Assembly: GCA_951406725.2 (NCBI GenBank)
Contig: OX597831.1
Location: 25,544,001-25,608,000 of the forward strand
Source: Octopus vulgaris
Taxonomy: Eukaryota
Length of the DNA stretch: 64,000 nt
Reading direction: 5' to 3'
The first letter of the stretch is position 1; each line of letters begins with the position of its first letter. The notes beneath the pieces are model-generated. The model had not been told where the DNA came from and did no database searches. It worked only from the letters and a program-made list of their open reading frames with translations. This document shows, one piece after another, positions 1 through 14,089 of the stretch. The translations under genes were made by a program, and so were the position numbers.

Positions 1-66
1 TTCCACAAGACAAACTGTCTTTGAATAAAATTTAAAAGAAATTTAAAATAATGATGTGTATATCAT

Positions 67-103
<37 letters not shown>

Positions 104-469
104 GTAGAATAACACTAATAGTAGGATTTTGTCTTTGAGAAACTTCACTTTACAGATTTGTGTGTTACAAAAACTCAACAATGGTAGGAACATCAGATGC
201 CAGTTTTAAGTTAAATTTTACAGCTTTGGTGATGGGTACCCTAGTCATTTGGAGCTCACTATAGAAGATATCTCAGTAAATTTTGGTAGTGGAGGTTGTC
301 CATAAACTGTAGATATGAGTTTTGTGATTTTTGGCAAATTGTATAAAGTATTCCATGAAAAACATGTAGGAGATGATGCATTTGTGTAGGCATAGTGAGA
401 ACCAAGTTTTGGCAGGTTCACATGGGTCTAGGTACTTACCATAATACATATAATCATGCACGCACACAC

Positions 470-657
470 ATACATATATGCATGCATGCATACATACAAA
501 ATACATACATATGTACGGATGTACGTACATACATACGTACGTACACGTACGTACATACATACATACATACATACATACATACATACATACATACATACAT
601 ACATACATACATACATACATACATACATGCATACATACATACATACATATATACATA
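470..657. repeat. (TACA)n microsatellite
   Basis: Long run of ACAT/TACA units. Confidence 0.95.
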
Positions 658-874
658 CAAGGATGTGCTACAAAGTTCCTGGCTTTGGTTAAAAGAAAAT
701 AGAGTAAGACCAGTCAATTACGATTTCATTTAACATATTCTCCTCCGAGATACAGATACTTGTTGCAGCAGTCCTTCAGTTTTTCAAAGCCCTGTAAAAG
801 AACTGTGAAGGTTGAACCTCCAGCTAGGCCTTTTGCGATACCCTTAGAGCCAGGAACTTTTCATCACCCCCTCA
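658..874 (-). mobile_element. mariner-derived MITE / deletion derivative
   Basis: Imperfect TIRs CAAGGATGTGCTACAAAGTTCCTGGCT / AGCCAGGAACTTTTCATCACCCCCTCA after a TA; minus strand reads LKDCCNKYLYLGGEYVK*, resembling a mariner transposase C-terminus. Confidence 0.75.
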
Positions 875-1353
875 TTCATTCATTCATACGCACACACACA
901 CACAAAATACATGTCAGCCTCACAAGAAACATCTTACACCATAATTCATCTAATCAAGATATGTTTTTAGTGAGAATGCTCAACAAATAATTAGAAATTA
1001 GTTCAGGCTATGACCAGCATTATATATGTGTATGTATCACATTTATTGTGCATACTGTGTGACATTCCTGAGGTTTTGGCTCCCTGATATCACGTTTCAC
1101 AAATTCTTCCAATGTCTTTCACCTAAATTGTTTAGCCCTTATTCAGACAGTTATTAACTGAAGTAATCTTATATAAAGTTTCCTATCTACACACCTGTCA
1201 GAGCTGCTTGACAATTGCATCATGCCTTGGCCATTTTGCTTCTAATGTGTATGCACGCACACACACAAATACACACAAACACATACCGCATGTGTACCGT
1301 TGGCAATTTTTTTTTCCTCTGTCTTCCCTTCTCTGGATCTTTCCTTCACCTAT

Positions 1354-1388
1354 GTTTCCGACGAAGAGCTCCACTCGAAACGTTAAAC
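1354..1388 (+). ncRNA. minimal hammerhead-like motif (CCGACGA core variant)
   Basis: GTTT-CCGACGA-A-GAG(CTCCA)CTC-GAAA-CGTT-AAAC: stems I and II, palindromic ACGT stem III. Confidence 0.55.
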
Positions 1389-1484
1389 CCTCCTTCTTTC
1401 CTTCTTTCCTGAGCATCTAATAATACAATATTTGTTCCACGTCCTCGCGTTGTTGTGTTTTTTTGTGCTTTCTTGTTTGGATTA

Positions 1485-1532
<48 letters not shown>

Positions 1533-1570
1533 GAAATAGCAGTCACACACACACACACAAGGATTCAATA

Positions 1571-1970
1571 TTCTTTTTTACTCCACTCACTTGGTTTCAG
1601 TCATTTTGACTGCAGCCATCGTGGAGCACTGCCTTTAGTCAAACAAATCAATCCCAGGACTTATTCTTTGTAAGCCTAGTAATTATTCTATCAGTCTCTT
1701 TTGCTGCTCCACTAAGTTACTGAGATGTAAACACACCAAATCAGTTGTCAAGCAATGGTGGGGCGACAAACACAGACACACAAATATATATATATATATA
1801 TATAAATACGGTGGGTTTCTTTCAGTTTCCGTTTACTAGATCCACTCACATGGCTTTGGTCAGCTTGAGGCTATAGTAGAAGACACTTGTCCAAGGTGCC
1901 ACACAGTTAGCCTGAACACAGAACCATGTGGTTGGTAAGCAAGCGTCTTACCACACAGCCAGTGCTGCAC
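1571..1970 (-). mobile_element. tRNA-derived SINE family A (CORE-like), diverged copy
   Basis: Matches the other family A copies: tRNA head, CCTTGG.CAAGTGTCTT core, internal TA/CA tract. Confidence 0.85.
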
Positions 1971-2359
1971 CTATCCACAGAGCCACTCCTGTCTGTGCCT
2001 ATGCACACAGCCATTCCTGCACTTATATATATATCAAAAGGATGTGTTATAATGCTATTCCACATCCATACCAACAATTCAATAATACATATATACAAAA
2101 AAAGCTATACCAGCAATCCAACATACCTCCATCATCAGCTGCCCCATGGGTATCATTATGATTTCGACACCTGGGCAGTACCATTCAATGTGTCAACAGT
2201 ACTAAAATAAGTGTTGTTTTGGGAACAAACAAACCAGAGAAACCACAACTTTCAAATACATTTACCCTATATACAACCGTATCGATAAATAAATTCAATA
2301 AGTTAATTACAACCACTCCTGAATATGTAACTAAACAGCGACAAATCTATTACGTCACA

Positions 2360-2670
2360 CATCATCATCATTTAGCGTCCACTTTCCATGCTAGCATGGG
2401 TTGGACAGTTCAACTGGGGTCTATGAAGCCAGAAGGCTGCATCAGGCCCAGTCTGATCTGGCAGTGTTTCTACGGCTGGATGCCCTTCCTAACGCCAACC
2501 ACTCCATGAGTGTAATGGGTGCTTTTTACGTGCCACCCGCACAGGTGCCAGACGGAGCTGGTAAACGGCCATGGTCCGGATGGTGCCATTGTGCCTCCAC
2601 AAATAAATTCAATAAGGCTGGCAACAGCCACTCCTGAATGGATGGTGCTTTTACATGCCACAAATCTATT
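2360..2670 (-). mobile_element. RTE LINE 3' UTR fragment
   Basis: GGATGCCCTTCCTAACGCCAACC and TTTCCATGCTAGCATGGGTTGGAC motifs with CAT tail; same sequence follows RTE ORF2 remnant at 30940. Confidence 0.8.
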
Positions 2671-2968
2671 ACGGCACACAAAAATTATAAAATCCCTATC
2701 ATCTTCCATAGTATAATATAAAAGTAAAAGCTTAATAATCACATTATCTCAAGGCAAGGGGACCCTGGGGTGCCATTGTATTAAGGTGGGCGGTGTGACC
2801 CATCAAGGGAGAAAGCTTCCCAACAAGTACAACCTGGAGAGTGTGACCATAGCAGAAGGGCCATCCACCCCAAGACGCCAGTATGTTATGGTGGACACTG
2901 CCACTCACCCCGAATCTTGGCACTCATCAAGATGCATGCATGCATGCATACATACATACATAGATACA

Positions 2969-3029
<61 letters not shown>

Positions 3030-3035
<6 letters not shown>

Positions 3036-3205
3036 CCTTGTTTCTCTCCGTGTTTCTTTTCTGTGTATCTTTCTGTTGAAGAGCGTAGGCTCGAAACATA
3101 AAAGACTTGTTTTATTTATATTCCTGAGCGCCATACTAATACAATTGTTTGTTTGTATTCCACCTGCCTTCGTCTTTTGTTTATTTTCATAAAGCCTCCC
3201 GTTAT
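3030..3205 (+). mobile_element. short (TA)n-embedded element (family F) with HHR-like motif at 3068-3105
   Basis: Homologous to 4728-5078 and 21716-21870; TCTTT-CTGTTGA-A-GAGC(GTAG)GCTC-GAAA-CATA-AAAGA. Confidence 0.7.
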
Positions 3206-3264
3206 ATATATATATATATATATATACATAGAAACAAACAAACAAATGCCCTGTTGTTGATGTT

Positions 3265-3314
3265 GAAATTCTAATGAAGGAACCTTGGATCTAGGTTAGA
3301 AACCGGTTCTTTCT
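3265..3314 (+). ncRNA. degenerate hammerhead-like motif
   Basis: CTAATGA-AGG-AACCT(TGGATCT)AGGTT-A-GAAA-CCGG-TT: palindromic stem III AACCGGTT. Confidence 0.4.
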
Positions 3315-4115
3315 CTATTGGCAAGAAATCTTGAAATAAAACTGAATAATGACATACATACATACATACACTGATTTTGTTGTAATGTGTGATTTTCCTT
3401 TCTAGCATAAGTTAGGCAAGTTTATTATTAATGCATTGCTTTACACCCAGATTGTCAACTCCTATCTGTTTCTCAGTTAAGGAAGGCTTTATCCTTCTCA
3501 TTTTCAAATCTAGAACAGCATGGTTGTGAAGCAAACTTCTTAACAACACAGTTACATCTTAACTCCTGCTTCAGTAAAAATAAACCATAACAAAGCATGT
3601 GATAATGTTATAAGCTGTTCAATGATGTGAAGAAAAACCATTTCCAAAAATGGTAATTTGTATGCAAATGCTTAATTAACTCAATGTTAAATTTTTTTTT
3701 TTTTTTGGTTTCCTTTCCTTGTTTATTTTTTTGTTGCAATACACACATTTGTCGCATATATTTTCAATTAACGTAGGCAATTTAATTAACTTGAAATGAA
3801 GAAGGAAAAATGAGGCAGGTAGCTCTGTGTCGAAGATTCTCCTCTGAGCTTTAGACTCTGTGTAATTGAACCTCTGGACTTGTAGCTGAAGTTTAAAAAA
3901 AACATCAAAGTGTAGCTATAACCATTAAAATTAGCAATTAGGGAAAATTAATTATGATTTTTTTGCTTGAAATACTTTATGGTCGTATGATAAATCTTAA
4001 GTATGGAACACTGAAACACCATCTTACACCACTGGGTATTCATATATATGTGTGTGTATGTGCTTGCTTGTTTATGTGTCTATGTCTGTAAGTATGCATG
4101 TGTCATCATCATCAT

Positions 4116-4170
<55 letters not shown>

Positions 4171-4662
4171 ATTGTATATGCATAAATGTAATTTATGCAT
4201 ATATGCATATACATATATGTATATATATATATATATGTATATGTACTTGTATGCATATGTATGTATATGTATATTTTTCTATACATATATATAAATATAT
4301 ATATATATCATCATCATCATCATCATCATCATTTAACGTCCGCTTCTAATCCAGCAACGATTCATCCATAATTGATCCAACGTAGGCTGTGATTTCGTTA
4401 TCTTCCTTCTCTTTACCATATACGGGTTACAAATTCTGTTTGTTTGTGGAGATTTATTTTTGTAGTAATAGTAATGGTAACCTATTTGGCTGCTATTTCT
4501 AATATTTTTGGTATGTGGTTTAAGCGACTTGTTGCAAATAACACTTTATTATAATTATATATAATCCTTACCGAATATGGTCATTTCCATACCGAAAAAA
4601 CTACAAGGTGAAATTTATTAATTTTATTAAATTAATTATGTTTCACCCCTTATATGTATCGA

Positions 4663-4701
<39 letters not shown>

Positions 4702-4727
4702 ATATATATATATATATATAATATATC

Positions 4728-5078
4728 GTTAAAATCTATAGAAAAACACAAGACGAAAACAGGTATATGAACAACAAGCAGGTGTATTAGTTTGAAGCTC
4801 GGGAAAATAAAGAAGTCTTTTACGTTTCGAGCCTACACTCTTCAACAGAAAGGAATAAGAGATAATAGACAGAGAGAATGACAAAACGCTTGTAGATATA
4901 GCAGTTGCCATGCTTGACCATTAAGTCTACAATTTGTTTTTCATTCTCTCTCTGTTTGTTTTCTCTTATTCCTTTCTGTTGAAGAGCATAGGTTCAAAAC
5001 GTAAAAGACTTTTTCACTTTCCTGAGCGTCAAACTAATACACCTGTCTTCATCTTTTGTTTTTCTATAAATTTCAACT
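4728..5078. mobile_element. inverted dimer of family F element
   Basis: Arms about 4728-4897 and 4926-5078 are reverse complements around a ~30 bp spacer; each carries the HHR-like motif. Confidence 0.75.
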
Positions 5079-5364
5079 AGATATTATACACTCACGTAGT
5101 CACACCAGTTTTATCCTGCCTTAATAATATCCTGCTCTTTGAACTTACATATTTTCATCTACATTCCAGTACTCCATCCAGATTACCTCTGGATATATAT
5201 ATACATATACGGGTGGGGTTGTGCTTGATGAATATATTTGAAGTGTTTCTCTATATATGAAACCATTGGTAGCACATAAAACATGCATTTTTTCCATTAA
5301 ATACTATTTATCTTTCACCAGTTGGAGTACTTTTGTTGTTGATCTTACTATCATGGGACAGTAC

Positions 5365-5672
<308 letters not shown>

Positions 5673-5689
5673 TGTGCATATATTTAAAT

Positions 5690-5985
5690 GTTAGTTTGTC
5701 AATGAAATTCCTCAGACTCGTTTGTTAATGCTCCCAGTACCCCAACAACTACTGGGATGACAGTACCAACACCCATGCAATGGCATCTTTTAGTGGCTTC
5801 TACTTCTCAATCTTTTCCTGTTCTTCATCAACCACTTGTACATCCTCAGGTATGGCAATATCTATGATCTTGCTTTCCTTCATCATTTTATCAACTACAG
5901 CTAAGTCTGATCACCAAGTATCAATCACTGAATCACACTGGATTGTAAAATCCTACTCATTATTCTGAGTGATACCTTCTAGTTT
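5690..5985 (-). mobile_element. R4/Dong-like non-LTR retrotransposon relic (restriction-like endonuclease domain)
   Basis: Minus strand: DFTIQCDSVIDTW*SDLAVVDKMMKESKIIDIAIPEDVQVVDEEQEKIEK*KPLKDAI ... VIPVVVGVLGAL, matching the PD..D..KY..PVVVGALG RLE motif, with stops. Confidence 0.8.
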
Positions 5986-6011
5986 ATGCTTCTCACTCAA
6001 ATTCTCACTCA

Positions 6012-6021
6012 ATTATTATTA

Positions 6022-6097
<76 letters not shown>

Positions 6098-6130
6098 CAT
6101 TATTATTATTATTACTATTATCATTATTAA

Positions 6131-6166
<36 letters not shown>

Positions 6167-6177
6167 TATTATTATTG
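6012..6177. repeat. (TTA)n microsatellite
   Basis: Direct trinucleotide run. Confidence 0.95.
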
Positions 6178-6672
6178 AGTATACCCATCATGACTACCCA
6201 TCTGTTAAGGGTACACTAGGCACATGCATCACAACCATGTGTCACAACATGGTGATGTCATATCAAGATAAATAGCGCATGACCTTGCAGGTGGGGCCCA
6301 GTTAGAATTTTCTTCTGGTCAAGTATCCCATCCCGCTCAAATGGTCCCTGAATAAGGAATGTTTAAAGATGTTGAATGAACCACCCATGTTTCCAAAAGT
6401 GAATTATTCAACTTCCACCCAAACTCCTTTCAACACATGGCTATGATGCTCCCCCACTACTTCTGCTCATGATCAGAGATGCACATATCGTCAGCCACCA
6501 AGGGACATGGTCAAATGGTTAAGGTCAAACAACTGACAAAAAAATCTGGTATTGAGCAGAATATTTGCTGTAGCCCATCTTTTATACCAAGACAAAACAA
6601 TGTACGTGATAACACTTCCAATCAGTTAAGATGAGAAGCCACGAGGGCGACTGTCTGGTACTGCTTCAGGGC

Positions 6673-6677
<5 letters not shown>
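6176..6677. mobile_element. unclassified ~550 bp interspersed element flanked by (TTA)n
   Basis: High identity to 27986-28540; partial copies at 15715-15930 and 28609-28750. Confidence 0.75.
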
Positions 6678-6708
<31 letters not shown>

Positions 6709-6794
6709 GTTTTTTTCTTCTTTCTTCAAATTTTCTTCCTTTGCTCGCCAAGTGTTTTCCATACACCTAGGGCAGAGTTTTGCACCTAGGGCAG

Positions 6795-6845
<51 letters not shown>

Positions 6846-7797
6846 ATACATTCTTTTTATCCACCCTTTCTTTAAGATGGCACTGAAAGAGTTTTGGCTC
6901 CTGTTTCTAGCATGTGGAATAGCCACAAGGAGAAAGAGCGAGAGTATCGGTTTAGTCTTTGGGGAAAATTCCAAATGGTGAGAATAAGTAATGAATCATT
7001 AATTTTACAGATTCATAGATATATGATTAATATTTAATTACAGTTTTCATATGGGTTTTCAAAGACTTCATCAACAGGAAGTTTCGAATTTAAATGCAGG
7101 GTAAATTTTGCCAGAAGTTTGTGGGAGAGGAAACCCCAACCTTGGTATAGAAGTATTCTGCTGGTATTAATGATGGTTGTAAACTAAACGAAGAAAAGGC
7201 TACTCTACAGAACTAATATGAGTTACATTAGACGAGAAATAGCTGAGTGCATAGATTATAAGACTACAAAGTGATAGGTCTTGATTTCTAGTTTTGCTGT
7301 TTAATTGGGCAGAACACCTGAAACCAAATCATCTGGAAATGTTCTTTGTATTACATAAAGAACAGTTTATCTTTTAATCTGTTTTATGTACTGAACCCAA
7401 AGCCAAAAATCTGTCATTCAAAAGCTCTTTTCATTTAAAAACCATGCTATAAGTAATGGTTATATTCCACTTAACTTCTGTAAACTGTAAGTTTTTATTC
7501 CTTTGTAGCAACTGATATTTCTAACTATGTTTACAATATACCATTTGAGACAAGGACTATTGAAGTTATCTTGACATTTTGGTGACCTGAGACAACAATT
7601 GATGGATGAGCAAGCTAATGAATTTTTGAGGGTGAGAAGGAATAGTCAATATTTTATCAAGTCCCAGAAAGATAAAAGACCAAGTTGACCTCTATAAAAT
7701 TTGAGCTCAGGTTGTAAAGGGTTGTAACTAAATACCACAAAGGTAGTTTGTCTGATGTTATATTAATTCTGCTAATCCATCTTGCTTGAGAAGTATT

Positions 7798-8013
7798 ACT
7801 CTTTTACTCTTTTACTTGTTTCAGTCATTTGACTGCGGCCATGCTGGAGCACCGCCTTTAGTCGAGCAAATCGACCCCTGGACTTATTCTTTGTAAGCCT
7901 AGTTCTTATACTATCGGCCTCTTTGGCTGAACCGCTATGTTACGGGGACGTAAATACATCAGCATCGGTTGTCAAGTGATGTTGGGGGGACAAACACAGA
8001 CACACAAACATAT

Positions 8014-8062
<49 letters not shown>

Positions 8063-8229
8063 CATATATACGACAGGCTTCTTTCAGTTTCCGTCTACCA
8101 AATTCACTCACAAGGCTCTGGTCGGCCCGAGGCAATAGTAGAAGGCACTTGCCCAAGTTGCCATGCAGTGGGACTGAACCCAGAACCATGTGGCTGGTAA
8201 GTGAGCTACTTACCACACAGCCACTCCTG
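7798..8229 (-). mobile_element. SINE family A, full length
   Basis: A box TGGCTGTGTGG, B box GGTTCAGTCC, CORE-like segment, (CA/TA) middle, (GTAAAAGA)n tail. Confidence 0.92.
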
Positions 8230-9283
8230 ACTAAAAAAAAAATTATTTCCGTTTTGTACAGTAAAAGTAAATGATATTTTAACATGAAAGAATGTGAAGA
8301 AAACATTGCGAGTGAGAAGTGACAACCACTTCAGAAAATAAAAAAAGAGAATGAAAAGGAATGGATTTTTTATTTTTAGCTTCTATAAATATACTGTCTT
8401 TAGTCCATGAAATATATAACAATGACCACTATCAGTTGTTTTGAGAAATCTTTAGAATTACACACTTCACTGAATTTTTGAAATATTGGAAATATTAGTC
8501 ATGGTTTTCTCATTTCTGAATATTTTGAATGTTCATTGAGTTGTTTGCTGTAAGGATGCTGTCATTGTAACCATGGTTACAGAGACTGTTATGATTATTT
8601 TGATTAGCTGTGTTATGTGAGTGGAGATGTGACTTCACTGTGGCCACTACCATAATGGCTATTATGATTGGCTGTGTTACATGAGTAGAGGTGCAACAAC
8701 CATGTAAATATCTCTGAAATCGCCCTACCGTCTAGAAAAGAGACTGACACACGGACTGATACAGTCCTGGATACACTATTCCTGAAATCAAGTTGGAGTA
8801 GTCATAGCTGGAAAGCCGATGATCACAAGTGTGCTTAACCAGCGCTAACTTGGATTAAAGAACAAACACAAAAAAGAAAGACGTATTTGGTGATGCTGGT
8901 GGTGCTAGATGCATCGTGTGCAGGAAAAAAGAGGCAAAAAATAAATGGAGTGGTCACAGGTGGAAAACCTTTGATCATAGGAGTGCTTCTTGAAAACTTC
9001 TCTGAAGTCCAATGACAACGGCATAGATGGCTTTTCTGATATAATTAGAAGCAAAATCTAGCATCTTATCCATGGGGAAATTTAATTCGCTTCTGTTAAA
9101 TGCCATGGAAACAAACTGTATTGATTTTTCAGATTTGCAAAAAGATTAACTTTGTTTGTTAGCCACAAATGCAGTTTATCTATCTAATAATTTGTTGTTT
9201 CTCTCATTATAACTGTCAGTCTATCTATACATACTTATTTATTCTCTCTTTCTCTTTCTCTCCCTCTGTCTTCCTCTGTGTGC

Positions 9284-9324
<41 letters not shown>

Positions 9325-9539
9325 AGCATCCATTACTTATAAACACCCATACAGAAACTGACACATAACATGTGATGAGCTGAGGAATTAAAGGGACTCC
9401 ATGTTCTTATCCATATACATACACACATATACACACACACACATGCATGCTCATTAGTGCCAGAAAACAGAACATAGAGTGCTCAATACCTGATGTAGAG
9501 TATATATTTCATTAGATCAGCTGAAATAAGATTGCACCT

Positions 9540-9960
9540 CTCTCTTTACTCTTTTACTCTTTTACTTGTTTCAGTCAGTTGACTGCGGCCATGCTGGAGC
9601 ACCGCCTTTAGTCAAGCAACTCGACCCCGGGACTTATTCTTTGTAAGCCCAGTACTTATTCTATCGGTCTCTTTTGCCGAACCGCTAAGTGATGGGGACA
9701 TAAACACACCAGCATCGGTTGTCAAGCAATGCTGGCGGGACAAACACACACACACACAAACATACATGCACACATATATACATATATATACATATATACG
9801 ACGGGCTTCTTTCAGTTTCCGTCTACCAAATCCACTCACAAGGCTTTGGTCGGCCCGAAGCTATAGTAGAATAGACTTGCCCAAGGTGCCACGCAGTGGG
9901 ACTGAACCCGGAACCATGTGGTTGGTAAGCAAGCTACTTACCACACAGCCACTCCTGCAC
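9540..9960 (-). mobile_element. SINE family A, full length
   Basis: Same structure; CpG-rich young copy. Confidence 0.92.
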
Positions 9961-10100
9961 CCATAGCACAGGTTTCATAAGTCACACAACGAATGTTTTT
10001 ATTATTCAGGACACAAACTAATAATCAAAACAATTTAAAGTGCTACCTTTCAATTTATTTAACTTTACCTGTTTTTTTTTTCTGTTGTAAGTCAGCTTGA

Positions 10101-10136
10101 CCCCGCCCCATTTACGAAAGCTGTAACCATGGTAAC
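10101..10136. promoter_or_regulatory. GC box plus RFX X-box
   Basis: CCCCGCCCC at 10101-10109 and GTAACCATGGTAAC at 10123-10136 (fits GTHNYYATRRNAAC). Confidence 0.4.
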
Positions 10137-10379
10137 AGACAAGTAACATGTCATCAATATATGGTGTGTATTACTCTATCTATTACTGTCTTCTTTTAAT
10201 CAAAGTTTTCATGCTCAGTAATCTAGACAAATATTGTAGCTTGTGAAATGCAAGGTATCAAGGTAGAGGTGAACTTTGATTCTATGATTCTAGATATTTA
10301 ATAATACATATATATGTGTATGCATTTATACAGACATACATACACACAGAAAAGTCATTTCAATTCATTTTTTTCAAAT

Positions 10380-10390
10380 ATATTTATATA

Positions 10391-10422
<32 letters not shown>

Positions 10423-10726
10423 CATAATTATATACATATCTATGTGTGTGTGTATACATACATATATATGTGTATATATATATATATATATGTCTGTGTG
10501 TATGTGTGTGTATATATGTGTATATATACATATAGGTATGTATATATATATGTGTGTGTATATATATATGTGTATATATATATATATGTATGTATATATA
10601 TATATATATGTATATATGTATATATATATGTATGTATATATATGTGTGTGTATATATATATGTATGTATATATATATATATATGTATATATATATGTATG
10701 TGTGTGTGTATATATATATATATATG

Positions 10727-10765
<39 letters not shown>
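10380..10765. repeat. TA/TG compound microsatellite
   Basis: Low-complexity TA/TG run. Confidence 0.95.
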
Positions 10766-10769
<4 letters not shown>

Positions 10770-12259
10770 AATAAGAAAATGGAGAGGATATAAATTCAAC
10801 AGACATGATCCAGTAAACATTCAAGTACGTCTATTTATTCAATTGTAAAGGATGAATTCACACACAGGTATGCTTTATACAGATTAGCGAGTGGGAAAAG
10901 CTGGGGAACTGCATCGACAAGTATATAGAAGCAAATGAGCAAAAATATAAATGGGTCTGCAGGTACTAGTTCCTTATGGCCGTTTCTGCCAAGAGGCAGC
11001 AAAATTTGCCCATTTGCTCATTTCTTTCTGTATACTTATATGTATTCACACCCTTGTCCATGCATATGTGTCATGCCTCTCAGTTGCAACCACCAATATT
11101 GGTACAATGAAATGTAGGTCTGGTGAGATGACCTGTGTGCAAAAAGTAAGAACGCATCAAACCTGACTGAAACTCTTCACAGGTAGAGAACACCTGTACA
11201 AGTTCTTCTGCATAGGAAACAATTCTGGGTTAGTTTGAATTTGTATTGGATAAATAGTAATTCAATTGGATAAATAAATAATTGAGCTATCTTGATTATG
11301 TAACATGATAATTAAGCTTAAACTAGTTGTTGGCAAAGCAAGAATGTCTGTTACCTCTGGGCATGCCCTACAGTTGTGCTTAAATAGATGAGAAAAAGTT
11401 CTGCTTTCATGAGGTTCTCTTGCATACAATCTCGCTAACAGATGAAGAGAGAATTCATCATCATGGTTGGTGAAATCAGCAAACATACTGGGAAGCACTG
11501 TAACAGCTGCCCTTGAGTAATTACAGTTACAGATATGGTTCTGGGAATGAGGATGGATCAAGGCTTCTGGAGTTCAATTTTCAGAAAACCAATTAACCAC
11601 TTGATCACATTTCAAACAGACTAAAAGCATGAAAGTCAGAATGCACTACCCATCATAGGTTACTGAATAGTGCCTTCAGAATAAGAGTTAGATGGACCGA
11701 GAGACAAAAGACATGGGAGGTGCAATAATTGGTGGTAGACTCTGTTAGAGAGGACTCATCAAACCCATGAAAGCATTGAAAAACAGACATACAAATGTTG
11801 GTGATAATGATGATATTGGTGTTGATGATGATGATATTAATTATATTAATGATATTGATTATATACGCATACATACATGCATGCATATATCCATATACAA
11901 ACAAATGAATATGTTAGACATATACATACATGTGTGTGCTTTGTTTTTCATTTGTGTTTTTGAGTGTGTATATATGTATTTGTATATACACACACTTATA
12001 TATGTGTATGTATATACGTTGTTTACTTTTAAATGAGCCATGCAGAATTGTTATCAGTGTAAACCATTCTCTACATATCACTCCTAGGGAGAAGATAATC
12101 TCGTTAAATTTGAAGAATTTCAATTTGATTAACTCAATATTTGCTTAATTGGAAGCGACAATTGAATTTAGTTGAGGTGAATATTTACATGTCTACCGGT
12201 TTACTGCACACTCACACAACACACACAGGAAAATGTACTGGCAGTTTGCAGGTTTATAC

Positions 12260-13215
<956 letters not shown>

Positions 13216-14089
13216 GTTATTACACATGCAGCCAGACAAACTCACTCATACTTCTATGATATTTGTAATATATATATTATTTCGTTAAAATGTGCCTGTA
13301 TGAGACATGTTTGTATGAGAGTAGCCTTGACTTTTTGGAATACCATTGTATATGCATAAATATAAACGTCTGTGTGCATTGCATCTATAAATTTTGTTTG
13401 CCCAAGCACTATATACATATATATAATATATATATACACATGCATACACACACACAGATATATGTAAGGATGAATATACCTTATACATTCATGCATACAC
13501 ACACACATATATGCATGCATGCAGATATACACTTGTATATGCTGTAGCTTGTCCCACAACATACTGTAAAATTTGGGGTTTGCCACTACTAATGATTTTA
13601 TTTGCCCTAAGTGTAAAGATCGTAATTCAACTTGGCAGTATTTTGCTGTAGCAGTATTTGAACTCGATATTGCAGGGTCATTTGAAATTCACACATTTGT
13701 TATTTATCCAATGATCCTGTTTTCGACTGACTGTGCCATGGTCACTTTCTTTACAAGCAAGTGGTCTGTGTTAAGGGAGAAGTAGCTATATACGTTGGGT
13801 CGAAGGTCTAAGACTACCGTACAACACCGACGACAGGTCAAATACATGATCTTTTGCTTCTTCCTCCTCTCTTCGATTTTTGACCAGTCTAAAGATACAC
13901 TGGACCGAATCGGTCATTACTATACCCAAAACATCAGTACAGATTTTCCGGGAAAAAAAAAAAAAAACCGTATAGGAAGCTCAGAGTTACCTCCCTTGCA
14001 CTTCTTTTTTCTCCCTCCCTTTTTTTTTCACTTTCTCTTTCTCTCACTCTTTCTTCCTCTATATATCTCTATCTCTTTCTCTCTCTCAG

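Noticed and set aside
7040-7190. Coding exon after a TTACAG acceptor
   Set aside because: No recognisable protein motif and no supporting neighbouring exons
10928-11030. Pre-miRNA-like hairpin (AAATGAGCAAA/TTTGCTCATTT)
   Set aside because: Short interrupted stem with a ~50 nt loop
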